A stretch of 51,790 bases of DNA, filler included, from Okamejei kenojei (Eukaryota): assembly GCA_035221665.1 (NCBI GenBank). It is 2 parts of 2 records of this genome, joined end to end, with 100 filler letters (N's around TTAATTAATTAA, not from the genome) between each part and the next. Parts side by side here need not be neighbours in the genome. Positions count along the whole stretch, not along the records: positions 1 to 30,187 come from JAVHYY010000154.1; 1 more part is not named here. One strand, written 5' to 3'. The position numbers were made by a program, and so were the translations under genes. Position 1 is the stretch's first letter, and every line of letters begins with the position of its first letter. Positions 13,681 through 25,473 of the stretch are shown piece after piece. Below the pieces are notes generated by a model that saw only the letters and a program-made list of their open reading frames with translations, was not told where the DNA came from and ran no database searches.

Positions 13681-14249
13681 AAAATATGATACAAAAATAA
13701 CTCAATAATTTAATGGCCGCAATCCTAGAGCCACAAAAAACATCCTTTGTTTAACCAGAGACAATTATGAAAAGTTTATGATCACAAAGTGCTGCAGTAA
13801 CTTGTCGACCAAGAGGGTGAATTCACATAGCGTTTTGGAGCAAGCCGGCGGTTTGGTGGTAGCATTAACTGCGCTGTTCAGGCAGCATTTCAGGAGAACA
13901 TTGATAGCCGACATTTGGCATCCAGACTTCAGATTCCCATTTCAGCGTCCGCATTTTCTTGTGTCTGCATAGAAATTCATAGCTGCGGTTAGCACTGTGT
14001 GGTGTTCCCGACTCTAATTGTTTTGGGGAAGAAGCTACTGTTGAACGTGATTAACTTTGTGATCCCGGGGAGCCCCACATATCCTCTCATTTGACTCACG
14101 CGTACCGTACATCTGTACCAAGTTGCTGGAACCCTTTATCAATAGAATATGTTTTAATTGGAAACCAATTGATGCCCCATGATCCAATATTAAAGGAAAA
14201 TGAATATTTCCAAGAACTGACGTGGATAAGAGAGGTTTAGGGTACTTAC

Positions 14250-14307
14250 CGGCTGTGACAGTCACCGTAGTCCCCGTCCCATCCTGATAGTGGGTGTCCC
14301 AAGAAGC
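14250..14307 (-). CDS. NAR-TCR J segment
   Basis: ASWDTHYQDGTGTTVTVTA has an NAR-type xGxGT motif lacking W/F. Phase-1 donor G|GTAAGT at 14250/14249. Confidence 0.88.
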
Positions 14308-14346
14308 CACAGTGCCCCGTATCTCGATGCTCGCTGAACAAGAACA
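14308..14346 (-). promoter_or_regulatory. 23-bp-spacer RSS of the NAR-TCR J
   Basis: Plus strand: CACAGTG 14308-14314, 23 nt, ACAAGAACA 14338-14346. Confidence 0.85.
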
Positions 14347-14648
14347 GTTCTCACCTCGATTTGCCCGGCAAACATAAGCATCGCTGTCCAATTAATCCAG
14401 GAGTTTCAGACCAAGCAGTAATTGTCCTTGCTCCCCAATCCTCGGTGGGTCGACTGGTTCCCCCTAAGAAACAGAGCTAAGAGCAGAGTGATCCCCACTG
14501 GTGTGCTTTGACAAACATGGAACCAATTATTATGGAATGTTAACGGAATGTGGTCATCCCTATGCAATTTAATGGAACAACAGCGTCACGAACAACAATC
14601 CTTTGATTTAGGTTCCGGAACCCAAGAACATATATCTTGAATGGGGTG

Positions 14649-14720
14649 AGTTTTTATTCGACTCTCCTACACTGTGGATATTCCATTGTCACACGTTGTT
14701 TCACGTCACTTTCAAATCCC
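14649..14720 (-). other. Putative NAR-TCR D segment (~14677-14691, TGACAATGGAATATC) with flanking RSSs
   Basis: The J-facing 12-RSS is clear (AGTTTTTAT 14649-57, 12 nt, CACTGTG 14670-76). The V-facing RSS is degenerate (CACGTTG 14692-98, 12-13 nt, T(T)CAAATCC(C)). Confidence 0.65.
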
Positions 14721-15043
14721 CAGGCGCCCGGCGAGACGGGTGAGCAGGAGATTAACGTCCAGCGAATGCATTTTTCAGATTGCAGCTTCTGTAACTGGAC
14801 CTCGTCTGGAGTTGTGCATCAGAAGATATGTAAGTCATTCTCCATGGAAGTTCATTAACACCAGCTTCGGGAAAGGGGACATTATCCAGCCGCACTCGCC
14901 AAATAGACAAACCCCATTGTTTGAATAGCACGCATTTCATCCAGTGCAACATGTAATGCAGGGCAGGCGGGATAAAGCGGGACCGTGGGTTTCGCGGTGG
15001 ATTCACCTCGCGTCTTTACGTTGCTACTAGTATCTGCCGTCAG

Positions 15044-15081
15044 GGTTTTTGTATTGCTGGAACCGCAGGCCCATCACTGTG
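15044..15081 (-). promoter_or_regulatory. 22-bp-spacer RSS of the NAR-TCR V
   Basis: Perfect heptamer (15075-15081) and perfect nonamer GGTTTTTGT (15044-15052), spacer 22 nt. Confidence 0.93.
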
Positions 15082-15374
15082 CTTTCTCCACCTGTACTCA
15101 GCTTTACAGTAATATGTGGCCATGTCCTCAACTCTCAAATCAAGAATTTTCAACGTAAAGTACTTTTTCGCTTTATTGGTCGACACAACAACCCGTCCAT
15201 CTGTTTTGATCCGCTGCCAATAAGCACTGGATTGTGCTTGCTTGAAGAAATGTCCTGCATCAAATTCGTAGCTACCCCAGGAACCTTCTTGGAAAAGGCA
15301 GGTGATTGTGACAGGTTGGCACTCTTTTCCAGTCACCGCATTCGGGCTCTGAGTCACTGACTGACTGAAGGTGT
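15082..15374 (-). CDS. NAR-TCR (IgNAR-like) V exon
   Basis: Acceptor atctacag. TFSQSVTQSPNAVTGKECQPVTITCLFQ...GHFFKQ...GRVVVSTNKAKKYFTLKILDLRVEDMATYYCKAEY. Short FR2/CDR2 and YYCKA are typical of VNAR. Extra FR1 Cys. Confidence 0.88.
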
Positions 15375-15528
15375 CTGTAGATTAAACACAGGGAGAGGTG
15401 AGTGGGAATTCGAGGCGAACCACGGCAGAAGGATAAATTGCGGTCAGTGTTTGAAATTCAGGTCGGAGTGCACTCGAGTTGTTTTATGTTCAACCCGCAC
15501 TGTGTGGGGGTCGGGGACCGGTACTCAC

Positions 15529-15571
15529 GGCGTAAGCAGAGTGACAATACAAAAAACATGAGCATTCCCAT
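15529..15571 (-). CDS. Leader exon of the NAR-TCR V
   Basis: MGMLMFFVLSLCLR plus phase-1 donor C|GTGAGT, in frame with the V exon. Confidence 0.82.
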
Positions 15572-15614
15572 CACGCCTCTCCGGGAAAAAATGGTTAACG
15601 TGACGAGAGGATGG

Positions 15615-15840
15615 AGCACACGTCACCCGACAGATCCTGCAGCCTATCCCGGAGAACTGAGCGGGAATCTCAGCTGTCCTTTTCGTTTCGGTGCGGGCGC
15701 TGTTCTGGGAATTTTTGAAAATCGATGTGCGAGGAGATGGAGAGCTTGAGAAGGGGATTGTTAAATCTGCTGGTTTGTTTGGTGGCCTGTAATGTGCTGT
15801 GAAGCATCTGATGTGGCTCTGACGTTTCTCTGACGTTCAG
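15615..15840 (-). promoter_or_regulatory. Candidate NAR-TCR promoter with CRE-like TGACG motifs
   Basis: CACGTCAC ~15619-15626, TGACGT 15820-15825 and TGACGTTCA 15831-15839 lie just upstream of the leader ATG. CRE sites are typical of TCR V promoters. Confidence 0.4.
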
Positions 15841-16128
15841 TGGACCATTTGAATCATTCAGTCATCTGAACATATGGGGTAGGGGCAGTAGATCGGGTGA
15901 ACGCACAGTCCCAGCTCCAATCGGGCAGAAGATATAGAAGTGTGCAAACTCACACCTCCAGATTTAGGGACATAATGTATCTTCCCAGCGGTAATCAGGC
16001 AACTGAACCACCGAAAACAACTTGAGAGCAGTCCTGACATACGTTCTACCTCATCGCTGACACTCGGACTATCCTATTCGGACATTTTTGGCTTTATCTT
16101 GCACTAAACTTTGTTCAATTATCATGTA

Positions 16129-17740
16129 CAATGGCTTGCAAATGTTTTCATTAGCCCTTGAACTTTTGCACATTTTGTCACGTTACAACCACAAACGTAA
16201 ATGTATTTATTGGGATTTTATGTGATAGACCAACACAAAGTGTCTCATAATTGTGAAGTGGAAGGAACATGATACATGGTTTTCAAATTTGTTAACGAAA
16301 AAAACCTGAAAAGTGTGGCGTGAAAAAGTATTCAGCCCCCTTTACTCTGACACCCCTAACTAAAATCCAGTGCAACCAATTGCCTTGAGAAGTCACCTAA
16401 TTAGAAAGTAGAGTCCACTTGTGTGTAACGTAATGTCATTATAAATACAGCTGTTCTGTGAAGGCCGCAGAGGTTTGTTAGATAACATTAGTGAACAATC
16501 AGAATTATGAAGGCCAAGGAGCACATTAGACAGTCAGGGATAAAGTTGTGGAGAAGGTTAAAGCAGGGTTAGGTTATATAAAAGTATCCCAAGCTTTGAA
16601 CATCTCACGGAGCACTGTTCAATCCCTTAACACGAAAATGGAAAGAGTATGGCACAACTGCAAACCTACCAAGACGGGGCCGTCTACCTAAACTGACAGG
16701 CCGGGCAAGGAGAGCCTTGACCAGAGAAGCAGCCAAGAGACCCATGGCAACTCTGGAGGAGCTGCAGAGATCCACAGCTCAGGTGGGAGAATCTGTCCAC
16801 AGGACAACTATTAGTAGTGCACTCCACAAATCGGGCCTTTATGGAAGAGTGGCAAGAAGAAAGCCATTGTTGAAACAAAGCCATAAGAAGTCCCGTTTGC
16901 AGTTTGCCACAAGCCATGTGGGGTTCACAGCAAACATGTGGAGGAAGGTGCTCTGGTCTGATGAGACAAAAATGGAAGTTTTTGGCCTAAATGCCATACG
17001 CTATGTGTGGCGGAAAACTAACACTGCACATCTCCCTGAACACACCATCCCCACTGTGAAACATGGTGGTGGCAGCATCATGCTGTAGGATGCTTTCCTT
17101 CAGCAGGGACAGGGAAGCTGGCCAGAGGTGATGGGAAGATGGATGGAGGGAAATACACTGCAATCTTGGAAGAAAACCTGTTAGAGTCTGCAAAAGGCTT
17201 GAGACTGGGGCGGAGTTTCACCTTCCAGCATGACAACGAGCCTAAACATACAACCAGAGCTGCAATGGAATGGTTTAGATCAATGGATATTCATGTGTTC
17301 GAATGGCCAGGTCAAAAGTCCAGACGTATATCCAATTGAGAATCTGTGGCAAGACTTGAAAAATGCTGTTCACAGACGCTCTCCATCCAATCTGACTGAG
17401 TTTGAGCTATTTTGCAAAGAAGAATGGGCAAAAAATCAGTCTCTAGATGTGCAAAGCTGATAGAGACATACCCCAAAAGACTTGCAGGTGTAATTGCAGC
17501 GAAAGGTGGTTCTACAAAGCATTGACTCAGGGGGCAGAATACTTTTGCACGCCACACTTTTCAGTTTTATTTTTGTAATAAAATTTGGAAACCATGTATC
17601 ATTTTCCTTCCACTTCACAATAATGCACCACTGTGTTGGTCTATCACATAAAATGCCAGCAACATACACTTACGTTTGTGGTTGTAACGTCACAAAATGT
17701 GGAAAAGTTCAAGGGGTATGAAAACTTTTGCAAGCCACTG
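16129..17740 (+). mobile_element. Tc1-like DNA transposon, full length, defective transposase
   Basis: TA target duplications and ~200-bp TIRs (CAATGGCTTGCA...TGCAAGCCACTG). Transposase motifs [37 protein letters not shown] are broken by stops and frameshifts. Confidence 0.93.
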
Positions 17741-18194
17741 TATCTGTACACTGTGAGAGGCTCGATTATTACCATATATTGTCTCACCGCTTACTGGTTA
17801 ATAAGCAACAAACGATTTTCACTGTACCTTGGTATACGTGACAAATAAAACTGAACGGATGGCGGAGGCTGTCGCTCCCCTGTGCAACCCCGCAACAATG
17901 CAGGAAGGCCAGTGAATGGCTGTTTGTTTGTTTGTTTGTTTGATGAGAGGCTGTAACGTCAAGGGTAGTGGGAATTGCTGCACGCCGGCTTATCAAATCG
18001 ACGAAATGTCAATGCGAGGCCACAGTCGGGTTGGTTACCGGTATCCCACCGAAAGTCATTGAGCCAGTGAAACAGAACACGCAAACTGCAACTAATGCAG
18101 TCACCTGCAGGGATGGAGAAACACAGAAACATGGAAAATAGGTGTAGGTGTAAGTTATTCTCCCTTCGCCCCTGCACTGCCAATCAATATGATC

Positions 18195-21030
18195 AAGTCA
18201 TGTGGGCAGCGGAGGTGGGCTAGCTCTGTAGGTGAGGGTTGACAGAGGGACTGACGATGTAAAGTCGCTGTGGATTGAATTCTGCAAATGTAAATGATAC
18301 ACGACAATGGTAAGTACAAAACAATAGCCTGGATATAGGGTGCAAGTTGAAGCAGGAGTTAAAATTGGCATGTAACACATGTAATGTCACTGCTTTTACA
18401 GAGATTTCAAAATGCAGGTAGACTGTGAAAATCAGGTAGGTTTTAGAAACCAAGAATGGGAATATGTAGAGATGGCTCTGAGATGGGTCCTTAAAGCAAC
18501 GTCCATTGAAGCCTACCAGAGATAAGGCAATTCTGGATTTAGTGTTATCTAATGAACCAGATTTAGGAAGGGAACTCAAGGTAAAGGAACCCTAGGAAGG
18601 AATGACCATAATATGATACGTTTTAATCCGCAATTTGAGTGGGAAAATGTTACATCAGATGTGTCAGTCATGTAGTTGAACAAAGGTCAACACAGTTGAC
18701 GGCATGAGAGAAGTGCGGGCCAATGCCGACTTGAAAATGATCCTAGCAGAAGTGACGGAGGAACAAAAATGGTAGAAATTTCAGGGCATAATGCAGAAGA
18801 TACAAGATAATTTCATTCCAAGGATGAAGACAGATTCTAAGGAAAGTAAGAGGTAACCATGGCTGAAATTGGAAGTTGGGGACGGTAAAAAACTAAAGGA
18901 AAAGATGTATAACACAGGAAAGAGCGGCGGGAAGCCAGAGGAGAGGGCAATTTTCGAAGGACATCAGAAGGTAACAAAAAATGGCAATACGGGGGGGGGG
19001 GGAAATAAGAAGTACGAAGGTGAGCTCGCCAGGAATATAAAGGGCAATAAAAGCCTATTTAGGTATGTTCAGAGAAAAAAATATTAGTCAAGGCAAATGT
19101 GGGTACTTTGACAGCAGAACAGTTGAAATTATGTTCAAGTTCAAGTTCAGGTTACATTTATATTCACATGCACCAATTGGCACAGTGAGATTTGATTTCC
19201 AAAACAGATATACGAATATAAACGAGCACATTACACGACATAATTTAACATGAATATTTCCACACAGCGGAATCAACGTTTCCCATTGTGAGGGAAGGCC
19301 ATAACGTTCAGTCAACTTCCTCTTTGTTCACCCGTGGTCGGGGCTTTGAGTCCCCCGCAGTCGCCGCAACGGCGGCCCGATGATTCAGGCCTTCTCGACA
19401 GGATGATGGGAACTCCGACGGCGGAACGGGAGAATGCTCACAGCGGCTTCCAGTTTCCGAATAGGCCGCTTCCTACCGGGGACCACGGCTGCCGATGTCC
19501 ATAGGCCGAGCTGGACGGAGCTCCAACGATGGAGACCCCCGGCAAAGGATCTTAGGACTCCGCGATGTTAACGTCAGCGCCGCCCGCGGCTGGAAGCTCC
19601 GCAGACCACAGCTTCACGATGTTAAAGCAGCTGGCCGAACACTCCGTTGCTCCACACAGCGATCCCCGGTAAGGCATCGCCCGCTCTGCGATGGAATCCT
19701 GTGCTGCGGCGCTGTTGAAGCTCTGGCCAGTTAGCCTGACATCGGAGCTGGGTAAGATGGCAGAGTTAATTATTAATGAAGTAATAACGGCGTATTTGGA
19801 TAGCTTTTGAAGATTTGGTCCAAGTCAGCATTGATTTATGAAGGGGAAATCCTGCTTGACTAATCTTCTGGAATGTCTTGAGAATGTGCCATGTGAGAGG
19901 TCCCTGTCAGAATGGCAGGCATTCTGATCGGAGTGCCGCAACGCTCGGTGCAGGGACCACAAATATATATTAATGATTTAGATAATGGAATTAAAAGAAA
20001 CACAAGCAAATTTCCAGAAGATACCACGTTTGGTGGCATATAAACTGCGAAGAAGATGCTAGGTGGTTGCAGGATGACCTGAACAGATTGAGTGAGTAGG
20101 CAGATATATGGCAGATGCGGTATAATGTAGTTACAGTGATGTTATCCAATTTGACGGAAGAAAATGGAAGCAGATTATTATCTCAATGGTGTCAGTTTGG
20201 GGGAAAAGGAATGTGCAACGAGACTCGAAGTAAACATTCAGGTACAGCAGGTAGTGAAGAAAGCTAATGGCATGTTGGCCTTTATAACGAGTCGATCTGG
20301 GTATAAGAGTAGAGGTCCTTCTGGAGTATTGTGTGCAGTTTTGGTCTCCTAATTTGGGGAAATACATCCTTATTATGGAGTGAGTGTCGCGTATATTAAC
20401 CACGTTTAATCCCCGGTAGGGTGGTACTGTCATATGAGGAAATTATCAGGACTATGGAATTCTATTCCTCAGAGGGCGTTGGAGGCAGGTTCCCTGGATG
20501 ATTTCAAGAGAGAGCTGGATAGGGCTCCTAAAATTAGCGGAGTCAGGGGATATGGGGAGGAGGCAGGAACGGGGTACTGATTGGGGATGATGAGCCATAA
20601 TCACATTGAACGGCGGTGCTGGATCGAAGGGCCAAATGGCCTACTCCTGCACTTATTGTCCATTGTTTATTTTCTATTGAAAGATTGGAAAGACTGGTCA
20701 AGTATTCACTGGAATATAGAAGGATGAGTGGGAATCCTGCAGAAACAGGACTGGTCAAGATAGATGCAGGAACAATATTACAAATGCAGGTGTCGTCCAG
20801 AAACAGAGTGCGCATTCTAAGAGTGAAGGGGAGGGCATTTCAAACTGAGATGAAAACAAATCTTTCAGCCAGAAAGTTGTACAATTCTGGAATACTCTGT
20901 CACAGAAGGCAGTGGAGGCAATTCCTGGATGAAATGAAAAGAGAGTGAGATAGACCTCTTGGGGCTGCCAGAATCAAGAGGCATGAGGAGAAGGTAGGCA
21001 CTGGTTTCTGATAGTGGATGAGCAGCCTTG
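18195..21030 (+). mobile_element. Fragmented CR1 LINE with an unclassified GC-rich repeat inserted at ~19130-19730
   Basis: Degenerate endonuclease/RT motifs (AILDLVLSNEP, GKSCLTNL) and the CR1 3' UTR. Confidence 0.7.
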
Positions 21031-21039
21031 ATCAAATTG

Positions 21040-23960
21040 CATGGGCAATTGTGAGCGGTGCGAGAGGGGGACGTGAATACGGAGGTCAAAGTGTTGTATT
21101 TGAATGCGCGAAGTATGAGCAATAAAGTGGACGAGTTTGTGGCTCAGTTAGTAATTGGCAAGTATGTTGTTGTGGGAATACTGAGACTCAGCCAGGGCTG
21201 GGAACTGAATATTCAAGCGTATGCCTCCTTCCAGACAGACATGTGGGCGGAAGGCGTGTGGTAGCTCTCTTGGTGAGGAATGAAATTCAGTCCCTTGCAA
21301 GGGGTCACATTGAAACAGGAGACGTGGAGCCAGTATGCATAGAACTAAATAATTACAAGGGAAAAATACCGTAGTGGGACATAACATGCCTCAAAGGGTA
21401 GCCTGGGCATAGGGTGCAATTTGAATCAGCAGTTAAAATTGGCATGTAGCAAAGGTAATGCTGTACTTGTTTTGGGTGATTTCAACATGTAGGTAGACTG
21501 GGAAAATCTGGTTGGTACTGGACCCGAAGAAAGGGACATTGTAGAGTGCCTTTGTGATGGATTCTTAGAGCAACCTGTATTGGAGCTCAGGGAGAAGGCA
21601 ATTCTGGATTTAGTGTTATGTAATGAACCAGATTTGATAAATGAACCTGAGGTTAATGAGCCATTATTAGGTAGATACCATAACATGGTCAGGTTTAATC
21701 TACATTTGAAGAGGGAAAAGGGTAGATCTGTGGTGTCCGTGTTACAGTTGAATAAAGGGGACTATTGGACCATGAGGGATAAGAAGGCCTAAGTGGACTG
21801 GAAATATACCATAGCAGGGATGACAGTGGAACAACAATGCAAGGTATTGCTAAGAATAATACAGAAGGTGCAGGATCAGTTGCTGGAGGAAGATAGATTC
21901 CAAGGGGAGTAAGGGGCGACCGTGGCAGACAATGGACATCAGGGACAGTATAAAAATAAAAGAGAAGAGGTACAATGCAGCAAAGATGAGTGGGAACAAG
22001 ATAGATTAGGTAATGTTTAAAGCGCAACAGAAGATAACTAAAAAGACAATACGGGGAGAAAAGATGAGTTGCGAAGGTAAGCTAGCCAGGAATATACAGG
22101 AGGATAGTAAAAGCTTCTTTAGGTATGTGAAAGGAAAAAATAGCTGAGACCAAAGTTGAACACTTGATGACCGAAAAAGGTGAATTTATTATGGGGAGCA
22201 AAAAAATGGCAGATTAGTTGAACAGGTGCTTTGGATCCGTCTTCACTAACGAGGACACAGACAATCTTACTGATAGAGTAGTGGCCAGAGGATCTGGGGT
22301 GACGGAGGAACTGAAGGAAATCCACATTAGCCAGGAAATTGAGTTGGGTAGACCGATGGGACTGAAGGGTGATAAGCCGCAGGGTCTGATGGTCTGCAAC
22401 CCAGAGTACTTAAGAAAGTGGCTCTAGAAATCGTGGATGCATTGGTGATAATTTTCCAATGTTCTATAGACTCAAGATCAGTGCTTGTGGATTGGAGGGT
22501 AGCTAAAGTTATCCCACTTTTTAAGAAAGGGGGGAGAGAGAAAACAGGGAATTATAGATCAATTAACCTGACATCGGTGGCGGGGAAGATGCTGTAGTCA
22601 ATTATAAAATATGAAATAGCCGCACATTTGTATAGCAGTGACAGGATCGGTCCGAGTAAGCATGGATTTACGAAGGGGAAATCATGCTTGACTAATCTTC
22701 TGGAATTTTTGGATGATGTAACTAGGAAAATGGACAAGGAGGAGTCAGTGGACGTAGTGCACCTAGACTTTCAGAAAGCATTTGATACGGTCCCACGTAG
22801 GAAAATTAAAGGGCAACATTGGGGCACATGGTATTGGGGGTAGAGTGCTGACGTAGAAAATTGGTTGGCAGACAGGAAACAAAGAGTTGGGATTAACAGG
22901 TCCCTTTCAGAATGGCAGGCAGTGACTAGTGGGGTACCGCAAGGCTCGGTGCTGAGACCGCAGCTATTTACAAAATACATCAATGATTTGGATGAAGGAA
23001 TTCAATGTAACATTAAAACATTTGCAGATGACACAAAGCTGGGTGGCAGTGTGGACTGTGAGGAGGATGCTATGAGAATGCAGAGTGACTTGGACAGGTT
23101 GGGGGAGTCGGTAGATGCATGGCAGAGAAAAAGTTTAAGGTGGATGATGTGTGGTTATCCACTTTGATATCAAAAACAGGAGGCAGATTACTATCTAAAT
23201 GGCGTCAAGTTGGGAAAAGGGGATGTACAACGGGTTCTGGGGGTCCTTGTTCATCAGTTTATGAAAGTAAGCATGTATGTACAGCAGTCAGTGAGTAAAG
23301 CGAATGGCATGTTGGCCTTTACAACAAGAGGAGTCGAGTATAGGAGCAAATAGGTCCTTCTGCAGTTGTACAGAGCCCTAGTGAGACCACACCTGGACTA
23401 TTGTGTGCAGTTTTGGTCCCATAATTTGAGGAAGGACATTCTTGCTATTGAGGGAGTGCAACGTAGGTTTACAACGTTAATTCCCGGGATGGCGGGACTG
23501 TCATATGCTGTGAGAATGGAGCGGCTGGGCTTGTACACTCTGGAGTTTAGAAGGATGAGAGGCGATCTTATTGAAACATATAACATTGTTAAGGGTTTGG
23601 ACACGCTAGAGGCAGGGGACATGTTCCCGATGTTGGGGGAGTCCAGAAGCAGGGGCCACAGTTTTAGAATAAGTGGTAGGCCATTAAGAACGGAGACGAG
23701 TAAGCACTTTTTCACACATAGAGTTGTGAATCTGTGGATTTCTCTGCCGCATAGTGCGGTGGAGGCCGGTTCACTGGATACTTTCAAGTGAGAGCGAGAT
23801 AGGGTTCATAAAGATAGCGGAGTCAGGGGATATGCGGAGAAGGCAGGAACGGGGTACTGATTGGTGATGATCAGCCATGATCACATTGAATGGCGGTGCT
23901 GGCTCGAAGGGCCGAATGGCCTACACCTGCACCTATTGTCTATTGTCTATTGTCTATCGG
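21040..23960 (+). mobile_element. Near full-length degenerate CR1 ORF2 with 3' UTR
   Basis: Collinear ORFs from LYLNARSM (APE) through [21 protein letters not shown] and FADDTKL to LVRPHLDYCVQFW. (CTATTGT)n tail at ~23933-23957. Confidence 0.9.
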
Positions 23961-24019
23961 TGACTCGAAAGACCATATAGCCCCCCTTTGCACCTATTTT
24001 CCAGGTTTCGATGTTCCTA

Positions 24020-25100
24020 TTTAAAATCAGTACCCCGTTCCTGCTTTATCCCCATACCCCTTGTTTCCTTTAGCTCTAAGAGCTAAATCTAACTCTCTCG
24101 TGAAATCTTCCAGTGAATTGGCCTCCACTACCATGTGTTAGAGTGCTCCACAGATTCACAACTCTCTGGGTGAAACACATGTTCCGCATCTCATTCCTAC
24201 GTTATTTTGGGCCTTTGTGAGACCGCATTTATGAGCGATCTTGGTCTTCTAATTTGTGGAAGGACATGACTGCTATTGAGGAAGTGCAGCGTCGGTTCTC
24301 GATGTTAATTCCCGTGATGGCGGGACTGACATATGAAGAAATAATGGGTTGAGTGTGCTTGTATTCACTGGCATTTTGAAGGATGAGAGGATATCTTATA
24401 GAAACATATAACATTCTTAAAGGGTTGGATAGGCTAGATGCAAGAAACATGTTCCCGATGTTGCGGGAGTTCAGAGCAAGGGGCAAAAGGTTTAAGAACA
24501 AGATAGGCCATTTAGGAGTGAGATGAGGGAAAATCTCTTTCACCCAGAGTGTTGTGAATCTGTGGAATTCTCTGCCACAGAATAGAGTGGAGGACAATTC
24601 ACTGGATGTTTCAAGATATAGTTAGATTTAGCTCTTGGGACTAAAGGATTCAAGGGATATGGGGGATACACAGGAACGGGTACTGGTTTTAGATGATCAG
24701 CCATGATGACATTGAATGGCGGTGCTGGTTCGAAGGACCGAACGGCCTACTCCTGCATCGAATGTTCTGTTTTCTGCTTCTAAATGGCCTACCACTTATT
24801 TTTAAACTGGATTATTTCTGGACTCCCTAAATATCCGGAACATGTTTCATGCATCTAGCCGATCCAATATTCTTGCTATTGAGGCAATGCAGCGTTCGTT
24901 CACAATGTTAATTCCCGGGATGATTGCAGTTAAATGCTGAGAGATGGAGCGGCTGAGCTTGTATACTCTGGAATTTAGAAGGATGCGAGGAGATCTTATG
25001 TAAACATATAAGATTATTAAGCTTTGGGCACGCTAGGGGCACGAACCATGTTCCCGATGTTGGGGGCGTCGAGAACCAGGGGCCACAGGTTGAGAATAAG
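24020..25100. mobile_element. Nested CR1 3' fragments in both orientations
   Basis: Repeated 3'-end signatures (gttgtgaatctgtggaattctctgccacag; gatcagccatgat..cattgaatggcggtgc). Confidence 0.75.
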
Positions 25101-25403
25101 GTCGACAGAAATGCTGGAGAAACTCAGCGGGTGCAGCAGCACCGATGGAGCGAAGGAAATAGGCAACGTTTTGGGCTGAAACCTTTCTTCAGTCCTTATT
25201 CTTCGGAATAAGGTTATTTTGAATATTACGTGGAGAACAGTGGATGTTTGTTCAAAAGTGTTGTAAGTAATGTCCACAGGGATGTAATCTCGTTGCCTGT
25301 TTTTCCCTTTATTTACTTTATAAATATGCCAGATATTTGTTTGTTTCGCTGACAACCGCTGAGCGGCTGCACAAGGAGTGATTGCCTGGACCTGCGCATT
25401 AAA

Positions 25404-25473
25404 ATGCATATTTCGTTCGAGGACAACATAGAACGTGTGTATTATCCGATTCTGGCAGCAATCGGTATACCTG
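25404..25473 (+). CDS. Exon 1 of GPR139-like class A GPCR
   Basis: MHISFEDNIERVYYPILAAIGIP plus phase-1 donor G|GTATGT. Not shown in the ORF track. Confidence 0.8.

Noticed and set aside
13993-13999. Isolated CACTGTG heptamer
   Set aside because: No nonamer at 12 or 23 spacing.
14035-15357. An IgNAR antibody cluster
   Set aside because: Only one D candidate is present, and J is followed by a TCR-type V rather than C exons.
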